Assembly: GCF_001194135.2 (NCBI RefSeq)
Contig: NC_068983.1
Coordinates: 20,443,687 to 20,507,686, forward strand
DNA length: 64,000 nt
Origin: Octopus bimaculoides
Taxonomy: Eukaryota
Direction of reading: 5' to 3'
Positions within the stretch are counted from its first letter, which is position 1. The number at the start of each line of letters is the position of its first letter. The notes beneath the pieces are model-generated. The model did not search any database. It was not told where the DNA came from and saw only the letters and a list, made by a program, of their open reading frames with translations. Positions 11,032-23,540 of the stretch are shown here, piece after piece. The position numbers and the translations under genes were made by a program.

Positions 11032-11442
11032 GCTCATATCTATACTACAATGTGGACAATTGCGGTTTGCGGGAAGAGTGTTGTTCTGTTGGTTTCTTTC
11101 GCTATTTTCCTGTTACTGCTCATGATGAAGTTCCTTTTGAGTTTCAAAATGGCGAAACTGGAAAACGCACGGTTTCCCAAAAGATATTGATATGTATTTA
11201 TGTATATGTATATTTGTGCGTGTATCTATCTACCTCCCAACCTGTCTATCTCTCTGTGTGTCTGTCTGCCTCAGTGTCAATCTGTCTGTCTGTGTGTGAC
11301 AGTTTGGCTGTAGAAGTAGATTCAGGCTCCAGAATTATACGACGCAGGGATGATCTAAATAAAATCTTGCACTCGTGTTCTTTTTTTTTTTTACAGAGAG
11401 CTTATCCCAGTCATTAATCAACAACAGACTCACGCAGGCGTA

Positions 11443-11476
<34 letters not shown>

Positions 11477-12317
11477 NNNNNNNNNNNNNNNNNNNNNNNN
11501 NNNNNNNNNNNNNNNNNNNNNNNNNNNNNNNNNNNNNNNNNNNNNNNNNNNNNNNNNNNNNNNNNNNNNNNNNNNNNNNNNNNNNNNNNNNNNNNNNNNN
11601 NNNNNNNNNNNNNNNNNNNNNNNNNNNNNNNNNNNNNNNNNNNNNNNNNNNNNNNNNNNNNNNNNNNNNNNNNNNNNNNNNNNNNNNNNNNNNNNNNNNN
11701 NNNNNNNNNNNNNNNNNNNNNNNNNNNNNNNNNNNNNNNNNNNNNNNNNNNNNNNNNNNNNNNNNNNNNNNNNNNNNNNNNNNNNNNNNNNNNNNNNNNN
11801 NNNNNNNNNNNNNNNNNNNNNNNNNNNNNNNNNNNNNNNNNNNNNNNNNNNNNNNNNNNNNNNNNNNNNNNNNNNNNNNNNNNNNNNNNNNNNNNNNNNN
11901 NNNNNNNNNNNNNNNNNNNNNNNNNNNNNNNNNNNNNNNNNNNNNNNNNNNNNNNNNNNNNNNNNNNNNNNNNNNNNNNNNNNNNNNNNNNNNNNNNNNN
12001 NNNNNNNNNNNNNNNNNNNNNNNNNNNNNNNNNNNNNNNNNNNNNNNNNNNNNNNNNNNNNNNNNNNNNNNNNNNNNNNNNNNNNNNNNNNNNNNNNNNN
12101 NNNNNNNNNNNNNNNNNNNNNNNNNNNNNNNNNNNNNNNNNNNNNNNNNNNNNNNNNNNNNNNNNNNNNNNNNNNNNNNNNNNNNNNNNNNNNNNNNNNN
12201 NNNNNNNNNNNNNNNNNNNNNNNNNNNNNNNNNNNNNNNNNNNNNNNNNNNNNNNNNNNNNNNNNNNNNNNNNNNNNNNNNNNNNNNNNNNNNNNNNNNN
12301 NNNNNNNNNNNNNNNNN

Positions 12318-12363
<46 letters not shown>

Positions 12364-12447
12364 TATGCCTGCCTGTTACTTCTTTTTCCGTCTATCTATC
12401 TATCTATCTATCTATCTACCTGTCTGTCTACCTGACATCTATTCCTC

Positions 12448-12744
<297 letters not shown>

Positions 12745-13619
12745 TAGAGTGAATTTTAGGGCTTATAAGTCTAATATTTTCCTATCCTTCCTTAATNNNN
12801 NNNNNNNNNNNNNNNNNNNNNNNNNNNNNNNNNNNNNNNNNNNNNNNNNNNNNNNNNNNNNNNNNNNNNNNNNNNNNNNNNNNNNNNNNNNNNNNNATCT
12901 TTCTATCCCGACTTCCCTCTTTGTGTCTTTGTGTGTGCGTGTGTGCTTGACAGTTAATTTTATAGCTATCAATCACCATATTTGTCTATCTGTCTTTCTG
13001 CCCGTCTAAGTATTTATCTTGCTATCTATATATTTATGTCAATGTATCTCGGAAAATTCAAACCAGCTACAGGTATTGATTAGTTAATATAAGTACTTGT
13101 AAAAAAAAAACCTTTCTAAATATATCAATATATCTACATATATTAGCTGACGCAGGCATTAAGAAGAGGCTATTAAAACCAGATCTCTGATCAGATGTGT
13201 ATGTTGCTAACGTTGAGTGGAAAGCGTGCGCGTCTGAACCTGTTTGTTGTTCGTTCATGTTGTATATGCGTTGCGTGTTTGCTTGTTAGAAAGGGAGAAA
13301 GTGAGAGATAGACAGACAGACAGACATAATGAGTGAGTGAGTATGTGGATATGTAGTTGAATATAAATCTATGCATATGTTCATATTTCTGTCTGTTTAT
13401 AACTACTTACAAATGAAATATAAGAGCGTAATAATAGCCCTCTCCCTTCTCTCTCTTTCTCTGTGAGAGATAGAGAGAGAGAGAGAGAGAGAGTATTTGT
13501 GCATATATGTACACACACATATATATATATAAATACAATAAAGTAGTGAGATCCAATATGGTTGTGTTACAGACAGTTGTTTAATCTCAAGCCTAGACAA
13601 GGCTTCTACAGATAACACA

Positions 13620-14270
13620 AAGTAAATGATAATCGATGAATTAAATTTATTAATCAATGTTATCCAATACACTTTGCCTCATATCGAATTAGACATTAAT
13701 TCAGGTAAGATGATCACTACCATACAACTCCAATACATAGCAAGAAATCTTGTTAATTATATAAGTTTGTGAGTGAAAGAAATGGAATAGGCAGTTGTGT
13801 ACTACACATGTTTCCATAGACTCACTGCACGTATATTATATAACTCTAAGATGCTCTCTAGATGTTCAATGATTTTTGTCTTGGTATACCTGTCTACCTG
13901 TCGCTTGTAAGTTCATTGTCATATTCATATCCATATATGAAGCTTCTTGAATTGTAAATCTAACTTGCTCGTTTCCGGTTGTTGAAAAATATTGTATGAA
14001 TAATTTCAATGTTTCGGATGTATGTCTGAAGAAGGTTCAGCTTTTACAATGTTAAATAGAGTGTCTTGTGGAAATTCTGTGTAAAAGTTTTGCTATTTAT
14101 ATATATATATTTATAAATCTCCATCGAATTGTTTCATTGTTCTGCTAATGAGCTCGATTATGTCTTCGATTTCTGTGCATAATTAAGGATTTGTGAGCTT
14201 AACATTCGAACTTTTTTTTATAATGCACACATTTTGGTTATCTCTTCGAATTCGTTCGGTACAGCTAAAT
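13620..14270 (-). mobile_element. Possible decayed LINE-like coding relic
   Basis: Purine-rich minus strand with broken frames (e.g. NEQVRFTIQE, CSESMETCVVHNC). No diagnostic motif was recovered. Confidence 0.25.
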
Positions 14271-14300
14271 ATTTAGTATGTTATTTTAACGCTGTGTCGG

Positions 14301-14409
14301 CAGATACAGTATCAGGCAATGCCACGATGCAGTTCCAGGTTTATGCTCTGATGTAGTACCAGGCGATATCCTGATGCAGTACTTGGAGATGACCTGATGC
14401 AGTACCAGG
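14301..14409 (+). repeat. Array of five 16-bp CTGATGCAGTACCAGG-like units with 7-8-nt variable spacers (period 23-24)
   Basis: Units start at 14301, 14324, 14348, 14371 and 14394. Confidence 0.85.
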
Positions 14410-15017
14410 CGCTGGCTCTCAATGCTTCTGATCATTAACTAATTGGAAGTATTATCATTTACATTGTTTTGTCTTGGTATAAAAGATGGTTTACAGCAAA
14501 TATTCTGCTCAATAGCACAGATTTGATTGTCAGTTGTTTGACTTTAACCGGTTGAGAATGTCTTTTGACGGCTGACGATATGTGCATCTCTGATCACGAG
14601 CAGAAGTATTTGGGGAGCATCATAGCCAGGTGTTGAGAGGAATTCTTTGGTGTTTGAATAATTCACCTCTGGAAACATGAGTGTTTCGTTCAACATCCTT
14701 AACAACCGTTATTCAAGGACCATTTGAGCGGGATGGGCTAGTCGACCTGAAGAAAATTCTAACTGGCCTTCCACCTGCAAGTTAATGCGCTGTTCATCTT
14801 GATATGAAATCATCACGTCGCACACATATCTTTATGATGTATGTGCCTGGTGTACTCTTATCAGACGGGTAGTCATGATGGGTACACTGGGCTTAGTATA
14901 TTTTACCCCAGTGTCACTTTGATGGCATGCACTGCTCTCTCACTCAATAATAATAATAATAATGATAATAATAATAATAATAATAATAATGATAATAATA
15001 ATAATAATGATAATAAT
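14394..15017 (+). mobile_element. Retroposon 3' region ending in an (AAT)n tail (LINE 3' UTR or SINE-like)
   Basis: A higher-GC non-coding block ends ..GCATGCACTGCTCTCTCACTC directly before (AAT)n at about 14945-15017. I recognise it from memory as an abundant octopus repeat (not verified). Confidence 0.6.
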
Positions 15018-15209
15018 CCTTTTTACTAAAGGCACACCATCTGAAATTTTAGGTGGCGGTGGTATGTCGACTACATCAACTTCAATGTTCAAGTGGTATT
15101 TATCTTACCAACCCTGAAAGGATGAAAGTCAAAGGATGAAAGGCAAAAAAAAAAAAGACGGACGAAATTCCACTAAGCATTTTGCCTGACATGGCCAGCT
15201 CGCTGCCTT
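15015..15209 (-). mobile_element. SINE family A copy (internally rearranged)
   Basis: AAAGGATGAAAG duplicated, GACGGACGAAAT..CTAAGCATTTTGCC and head GCCAGCTCGCTGCCTT. Confidence 0.8.
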
Positions 15210-15236
15210 AATAATAATAGTAATAAAATAATAATG

Positions 15237-15282
<46 letters not shown>

Positions 15283-16734
15283 TAAATGTGTGTGTATATA
15301 AAACGAAAATCTACACAACACTTGTCACTAACCGAGTTTGGCTGTAGAGCACTTCAATAGCATGACAAATGTCTATATCGACTAAATACCAAGACATGGA
15401 CGTGCAACTGTGAGCAACAAGCTAGTTGGTGTGACAGAAGTACTGGACGCTGGAAATGCTCTGCAAACTGTTTTTAAGACACGTTGTCCTGAAACCTCTC
15501 ACTAACAACTATAGAAAGCCTAAAACACAGCAATGCACAGAGACCTCGAAGGCCCTGCGGTCGGAGAATGCTGGCGAACGATCAAAGCTGACGTGTGCAA
15601 TGAGCGTTTTCCACAACACCATCGACCCGAACGTGTAGTGGCAAGTTTTCAAAATCCGATAATAAGTATGAGCATTGCTTGTTAATTAACCGCGAAACGA
15701 CGTGTGATAACAAGCAACACTTGTAACGTGAATAAGCTGTAAGACATCATTAATAAAAAGAAAAAGCTTTCACAGAAATATGCCCTACCAAGAAGAAATA
15801 TTAAAATCATTCTGTGTTATAAATCGTTGTAGATCATAATAAAAACCCTACCCGGTTTTTATTCAGATTATGTGTGTAGATATTCTGCTTCCGCCACGTC
15901 TAAAAAGCGCAAGTCTACGCTTCTCTTTCAGTCGTCTATTATTCTCCACTGCTCCCACCTCTTGTTATTATTTCTGTGTTGCTTGTATTTTGTTAGATGT
16001 TTTTTTTAACGTATGGTGGGTCCATCTACGTTTTTGACGGGCCTTGGTTTTGTTTTGTTGAGTTCCTTACAAGTAATTCTTCACAAGGATAAGCTGGTAG
16101 TAGTACAAGCTTAGCTGTCGTTGACCTAACCATATATTTGTATGTGTGAGTAAGAGAGAGAGAGGGGGGAAGAGACAGTATGTCTGTGATAGAGTGGTCA
16201 TGAAGACGTTTGAAACGATACAGGAATACTAAACACATGTAGTGGAGATAATATATTCTGTTGAAACTGTTGAATTACTATCTACAACCTCGATTTTCTT
16301 TCTTTTGTCAATTTTCATCAGGTGACGAAAGTTAATCTCGTTGACGACTTGACAAACACGCAAAAATCTATAGATCTGTGAAAGACGTTGAAACGTTTCA
16401 AATTATCAATAAGTTCTGAATTTTCAAGTAACCTACACTGTTACATGTATGCAAAATAGAGAACTGGTACTTGTGATGTTTGTGTTAAATCTTCAAAGCA
16501 CAAAGGTAATGATGAAACGCGAAACAAACAATTCTATAAGATATACTTTAGCAACTGCTGATTCAATTCTTTGGAAAACTTCTGTGTTCTAGCCATAGAG
16601 AAGAACGCGCTAGATCGACCTATTAGATAAATAAATATAACACTCACATTTCCCTTAAGTCACAACCTACTGTGAGCTAAACAATTTCATTGAATAGTGT
16701 AGTCTGAAAAACAAAAGACAGTATGATCGCCCCT

Positions 16735-16870
16735 GTGCAGTGCTTGGCAGTGTTGTAAGAACATCCGATAGACTGTTTCGCGCTATTATTTCCGAGTTTC
16801 TGCGCTTTGGGGTCAAATCTCGTCGAGGAAAATTTCACCCTTCATCCTTTTGGGGCTCAGTAAAAAAGGA
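16735..16870 (+). mobile_element. Degenerate SINE family A
   Basis: GCTTGGCAG.., GGTCAAATCTCGTCGAGG and CTTCATCCTTTTGGGG. Confidence 0.55.
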
Positions 16871-18039
16871 CTAAGCAATGCAGTAAATAGGGGGAACTGA
16901 AAGAGTTTCTGACCATGTACTTTGCCTTGTTCCTGTTCTTTGTGATCTTAGATCAAATCGAAGGCTTGTTTGAGTGGTAGATTTAATCCATAACTGGTTT
17001 TAACATTACCACTTTGCACCTTGGGAAACGGAGTACAGCTTTTGTAAGCATTAAGACTAGCTCTAAGATTTGATGTCATCTTCTTGTTTGTTAAAATCTT
17101 CCTGTTTCAGAGGACTTCGTCTCCGGTTTCATAATAGCTTCCCGCATATATTGTCTTTCCTCCTGATGAAAAGATAAACGAGAGAAAAAGGAAAAAAGAA
17201 GACACCCTCCAAAAAAAAAAACGGTCAGCTATGGACGGTCGAAAGACAGTGATGTCGGTGGACGGATATGGTTGGTTGTCATATTTTTTTCTCATGTGCA
17301 ATTGTCTGCCTATGTGGACTGAGCCGATTCCAATCAGGAATAGAGAATATAGAACTCAGTCCTTTGCAGTTTACTTCTCTGTTACAATCGGGAATAGAGA
17401 GTTTAACATTGCTGTATAGTTTGCAGTAGAAATTATCAATAGACATTGTTAAATTGCATTCAGTGAATTTATCTTTACTTCGAAAGGAACACATATATAT
17501 TCGTGTGTGTGTGTGTGCTCGCGTGGGAGGGTGTGACCACGTGTGCGTGATTGTGTTCATGTAAGGTGATTTGAAAACTGACAGTATCCGACTAAACATG
17601 TTTACCTTCAGAAGTAATCGAAGTGATAACAGTGAAAAGCATTGAATTCGATATTCAATCGCACGTGAAATGTGTGCACTGAATTTAAGCAAGCCGCCTC
17701 TTCATTGACCTATATATATATATATGTTTCTATGTAGTGCATACCGATATTATATCGACCTATTAAATCAACGTTGCTTATGATCTATATTCCTTTTATT
17801 TGTGTGCATGTGTGCACATACATACAGTTTAACACACATACTTATATACTATGTGCATATACACACACATACATACGCACATACATACATACATACATAC
17901 ATACATGATTGTGTGTGTGACAGAGTGAGAGAAAGAGATTATTGGAATAATGAACATCTTGCTGTGATCGTGTAAAAGTTTCTTTTGTGTAAAGCGATTA
18001 GCTGAGAGCTCAGTAAAAGTAAAAAATAAAAAAAACTTA

Positions 18040-18190
18040 GGCGCAGACGTCGTTGTGTGGTAAGTCGCTTGCTTCCCAATCACAATCATCCGAGTTCAGT
18101 CTAAATGTGTGTCACCTTGCTCAAGTGTCTTCTACTATAGCCTCAGGCCAACCAAAGGCCTTGTGAATAGATTTCGTAGATGGAAAGTGA
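18040..18190 (+). mobile_element. SINE family B 5' half
   Basis: GGCGCAG..TGTGTGGTAAGTCGCTTGCTTCCCAA and CACCTTGCTCAAGTGTCTTCTACTATAGCCTC. Confidence 0.85.
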
Positions 18191-18247
<57 letters not shown>

Positions 18248-18617
18248 TGTATATATCTACTACCATAATAATGCTCTTGTGTTTTTCTCCGTCACAACAT
18301 ATGAATGAGAAAGGAAGGGGTGATAGTAAACTGGTAGTGGGAGCATTTCAACACTGTGTGAGGGTATGTGTGTGCGTGTACAAGGGAAGTGTGTGAATGA
18401 TTGCATGCGAACCAGCGTTCTTACAGTAACCAACTATGATCGACGTCACATCTCAGAAGACAACCACTAGATAACATTGACAAGTGTATTAATTGGATTT
18501 ACCATCCATATTTATTTATAAAATACTGCAATTAGCCGTCATTTTTGTCGGCACGAGTTAGCTAGTATACGCTATAATGTGAGATCCTCGTCCACTCGTA
18601 TGTTTTTGTAATATTCT

Positions 18618-18855
18618 TGTCGCCACTATTATGTTGTGGCGGTATTCCGCGTCTTATTACCTCTGACGCGTCTACCGTGCTATCGCTGACAGCTCCGCAA
18701 GACAACGACTTTGAAACGCCTACCTCGACAGTAACTCGAACTCGTATATATCACATAACTGACATTGATTCCTGCTGAGAACTCGTACAATGACTCTACT
18801 ACTACTGACTGTCTGACTTTATAGTGGGAAGGGCAGTACTATTTTCACTACAACA
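18618..18855 (-). mobile_element. Gypsy-like LTR (18855-18632) followed by a primer-binding site; truncated internal sequence continues toward about 18400
   Basis: The minus-strand LTR starts TGTTGTAG and ends CCACAACA (terminal inverted repeat). It has a TATA-like CTATAAAG and AATAAG, and is followed after 6 nt by TGGCGACAA, a PBS-like motif. Confidence 0.65.
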
Positions 18856-19097
18856 ATATATATGTATATATCTATGTGGGTGTGTTTTGTGTCTGTGTCT
18901 GTTCTTCACCACCGCTTGGCAACGGTTTTCGCGTGCTTACGTCCACATAATCAAGTGGTTTGGCAAAAGAAATCCATAGAATAAGTATCAGGTTAAAAAA
19001 AAAAAAAACATAAGTACAGGGGTCGATACATTTCACTAAAAATTCTTCAGAGCGGTGACCCAGCATGACTGCACTGCCTGAAACAAATAAAAGATAA
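18856..19097 (+). mobile_element. SINE family B 3' half
   Basis: CACCGCTTGGCAAC, GGCAAAAGA..ATAGAATAAGTA, GGGGTCGAT, CCAGCATGACTGCA and AATAAAAGATAA. Confidence 0.85.
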
Positions 19098-20207
19098 CTG
19101 ATATAGCTAGCTAAATCATAGAGTATTTCAAATCGAGCAACATAATGAAATAAACACATAGTATATTCTGGATCTCGGAGTATTTAACACTATAAATAAT
19201 ACCGTGTTGGTAGAAAAATCCCTTTGAATAAGAGAAGTCTGAAATGGATCGAGAAGTTGAAAAGATTCCTTTGGTCCAACGGTAGAACTCCTGCTATGTT
19301 TACAGGTGATATGAGTTCCTGTTCATCGGGCAGCCTTCGACTTTTTCGATCCATGGGGTCTGTAACCCAATATTCATAGGCTATTATTTCTAGCTTTATT
19401 TGCTTTGTTATCACCATTCCAAAATAGCATTAATACATATTCTGTATCGTTTTCGAACAGAATCGTTTCGAGAAATCAGACGTTCATAAAAATATGTAGG
19501 CACCTTGGGGCTTATCGGCGGCATAGTAAAAGGCCAAACATGGGAATTTACTGTTCCTATAAATCGTTGAGGTAGATTTTAGTGTTATATGAAAACCGTT
19601 GAAATATCAAGAACAAACACGTGCTCACCTATCTGAATAGATATTGCAAAGAATGTTCAGGTCACAGAAATATTCATTAAGAGAGCAGAAAAAACACCTA
19701 AAATATATACCAGGTTTATATCGGTATTGTAATGGTGTATATAGTTACAACTAAAACAGACAATCTTGATTTTATATATACACACACGTGTGTATATATA
19801 TATAGTCAATAAAACATATATCAGAAAAGAAGCACACTCTAAAGAAGAGAGAAGTCATTATCAAAACAAAAATTTTAAATCTAGTCATAGAGTTACCGAA
19901 TGGTACATTGCTGGTATTGCTGATGGCAGGTCTCAGTGCCACCGTAGCTTTATAGATGACTTTTTCAGCATCGCTTCAGCCTCCGACTCGACAGTTATTG
20001 TATACCTTGCAAGAGAAACCTGCCTCCTCCCTTGTATTGTGGCCTTAAATCTCGATATCTGCGCGTTTCCTCGCTTCCGCTTGGTAGAAAAAAAATTTGT
20101 CTTGTATAGAGTCTGTCGTGGCTTTGGCTTTCGTGGATACGAAACTGTTGGTAACTTTATGACCAGAATCTGAATTTTTGTTTTAATATATATATATATA
20201 TATGCAT

Positions 20208-20510
20208 ATTAGTCTTCTCGCAGGCGATTTCACAGGTCCATGAGATCATAGCTTGTCCGGATTTCTATGGTGGAGTTATAGCCTCATTGTAGCCTGAGGC
20301 TGTAGGATCCAGCCACATCAACGGGAAGCCGGTCTGTGGCAGAATTACTTGCCCCCAGATGCTAGTGCCACTCGCTTTTAACTGAGTGTACCTGGGCAAA
20401 GTGAAATGAAATATCTTGCTCAAGAAAACACGCCGCATACTCCGAGTATTGACTTCATACTTTAATAGTTGGAAGTCCATCGTACAAATCATATGGTGAC
20501 GTGCTTTCAC
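20208..20510 (-). mobile_element. SINE family C-like copy
   Basis: GAAATGAAATATCTTGCTCAAGAAAACAC is the reverse complement of the core. The head ends ..GTGCTTTCAC. Confidence 0.65.
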
Positions 20511-21035
20511 GTACCGAATGTGCACTTCTGTAAGTTGTTAATTTGGGGGAGATAGGTTGATATTTCTGGTAGAGACGTCACATAAACTAATATGGTTTAT
20601 GGTTACTGTGTGCTGGTTTGCTGGTTTACATACTAATATTTATACATTCTCTCCGCATATACTGACACAGCTATTTCTATACCAGCCCGTTTTAACGATA
20701 TATCAATTAATCAATCAATCAATCAGTCAATATATTTTACTTTCGAAGATTACGAATATCCCTCCACACCACAAGCATATTTATACACAGTGAACCTAAC
20801 AGTGCCTTTTCTTATTTGTATTCTCAAACTTTCGACTGTAGTCACGAAGGAGCGCCACCATCTCTTACTTTCTATTTGAAATTGTCTCCTCTTCTTTGTT
20901 TTCCTTTTCTTCCATTTTTCTTACCTTCAATAATTCTTTCTCTTTCTTCTTGTCTCACTCTCTTTCTTCTCTTTAGCAACTCGTTCAGTTCAGATTTTTG
21001 AAAGCATAATCTCAAACCCTTTTCATGTCACAATT

Positions 21036-21135
21036 TCTTCTTCTTCTTCTTCTTCTTCTTCTTCTTCTTCTTCTTCTTCTTCTTCTTCTTCTTCTTCTTC
21101 TACTTCTTCTTCTTCTTCTTCTTCTTCTTCATCAT
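21036..21135. repeat. (TCT)n microsatellite within a long pyrimidine tract (about 20870-21540)
   Basis: Directly visible. Confidence 0.95.
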
Positions 21136-23330
21136 CTAGTATAACTCATTAATTTCTCTTTCGTTCTCTTTCTCTCGTTGATTCCCCCTTTTTCTTCGCT
21201 TTCGTTAACATTCTTCTATTTTTTTATATTGCTTTCCCTACTCAATACCTTATTCAGCCGACTAACATAACCTACCATAATAAGCATTCATTCATTCATT
21301 CCACCCATCTCTCTCTCTTTCTTTTCCACTAATCCTATTTCTTTCTCTTTCTCTCATATACTTATCTGTCATTCAAAACAACCACACACAAATCTTCCTT
21401 TCCCTATCTCTCCTTCTTGCGTCTCACCCTCTCTTCCTATATTACTCTATCGTTCACACTCCTTATCTCTCTAAATATTTCTCCCTGTCTCTCTCATTCG
21501 TCCCTCTCACTCTCTTCCTCACGACTCTTTTTATACCACAAAACCCTTCTTATGCTGTTTTCTTTTATTTTCTAACCACTTCCCCCCGAGTTTTAAAATA
21601 ATACCTAAATGGGTATAGTTTCCGATATCGCCACAAATCTCACTCATCTTTCTAGCACAAATACACACACACACACACAGAGCAACACACACACATACAG
21701 ACAGTAACACACAGAGTAACACACGTACACAAACACACCAACACACACACACATGCATACACTCGTTAAGTGAATATGTGTAGGCGCAACGGTTATTTCA
21801 ACTATTAAATTCTCGGATATCTATGTTTTCCCCCCTTGATAAACGGGAGAAGTCACCAAGATGAACAACAGTAGAACAGTAGGAATAGTTACTGAATATT
21901 TCCCTGTAGATACATTTACATTATCCTATGATATATATTATATAAGTCACTCAGAATTTCTTCGCTTCTCTCTGTCTCCTTTTCCATTTATTTCGAATAC
22001 AGTTTTCATAATTTAGACCTGCTTCCCACTCAAATCAAATTAATAAATATATATTTCAATTTGCTTTCATACAATTTCAAACTAAAATGGTGGATGAAAC
22101 TGACATCAACTGTTTGTTATTATCGCATTGCATTAATATTCGTTGGCCAAAACCCAGTGTATTGTTTAGATAGGTCTTTCAAGTTGATGTTGGAGTATGA
22201 TTTATTTTGCTAAGTGTGAATGGTGCCACGAGGAAAACATTTGACAAAGATGGATGCAGATCTAATAACCATGGATTTTATAATGGCGAAAATTTTTCTT
22301 TTCATTCGTTTTCATTTTCTTGCTTGTATACAGGACTAATACTCAAGATTCAAAGATAGTGCCGATTGTACGATAATGGGAAGTACTTTTCACTACCTCT
22401 TTAGTTTATTCTATTAGAATATAATACATTATCCAAATATATAATACGTCACTAATGACAGGATTCTTTATCTATTTTGTCATTGTCACTCTTTGGCCTA
22501 ACCATCTCTCAAAGTAATATTGGCTTGCTTTCATTAAAGACTGCCAACATCTTTGGTGGTGGACAATGGTTGTTAGAATTGGTTGCAATATATTATGGTG
22601 TATTTTACCAACAACAAAAAGACAAAATACTGACTTAAATTTAGATGATTTAAGATTTAAAATGTAATGTCGGAAACAACAATGTAAGCTGTTCATAAGC
22701 TGTTCATGGTGTTTCCTTAGATACGTTGCTAATTTAGTAGGGATGGTTGATTAAATAGACCGACACTGTTAGATTACTGGGACATTCAGTAAGAAAAGTG
22801 AAAACTTCGGTCAGTATCAACAAGCTAAAATCTGAGTAATCATAGTTCTGTATATAATGCTGTAGTTCGGTATTAAAGTACAATAGAATTGTTTTCCACC
22901 GCTTGCGACCTATCAGTAACCTAAAACCACATGAGTAAATCTCTCCGTAAAGAACATGTTTTCAAAAGTAGAAAATCATATTGTAGTTTTCGCTTGCAGT
23001 ACTAATGCTGTATGATCAGTGATGTAGTTTGATCATAAAATAAATGAGAACAAACATGGCAATAACTGAATGCATAAAGAAATTTTGAAATAGTTGATTA
23101 CTTAAAATAGTAATATACGCCTGTCATTTTACTAATACATATATGTTTAGTAGCAATGCTGTCTGGAAGTTTGGACATATGGAGCAGTTGCTTGCGATCT
23201 CTATGAAACTAGAGTTCCCATGTTAACCTATCTGTACTGTGGTTGTGTATAGAGGGGATCTATTTATTTCCTTTCCCGGAGGCTAGTGATACTTATTTTA
23301 AATTTGGAGTAAACTATAGCATATATCAAT

Positions 23331-23540
23331 TTCAAATTTAAGCACAAGGCCAGCAATTTCGGAGTTAAGGATAAGTCTTACATCGATCCCAGTGCTAAAA
23401 CTGATAGCTATTTTACCGCTCCCACGAAAGGAATGAAAGCCAAAGTCGACCTCGGCAGAATATGAACTCAGAATGTAAAGACGGACGAAATGCTGCTAAG
23501 CATTTTTCCGGTGTGCTAACGATACTGTCAGCTCGCCATC
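23331..23540 (-). mobile_element. SINE family A
   Basis: AAAGTCGACCTCGGCAGAATATGAACTCAGAATGTAAAGACGGACGAAATG. Confidence 0.9.

Noticed and set aside
14301-14409. CRISPR-like appearance of the 23-nt array
   Set aside because: The context is eukaryotic, the spacers are only 7-8 nt and there are no cas genes.
19190-19417. 75-aa minus-strand ORF and a 36-nt sub-exon at 19203-19238
   Set aside because: The donor is weak (GTATTA) and no motif is recognisable. The inverted repeat explains part of the apparent structure.
19880-20175. GC-richer block with a 135-aa plus-strand ORF and broken minus-strand frames
   Set aside because: No recognisable domain in any frame, so I cannot assign it. It is possibly a decayed element.
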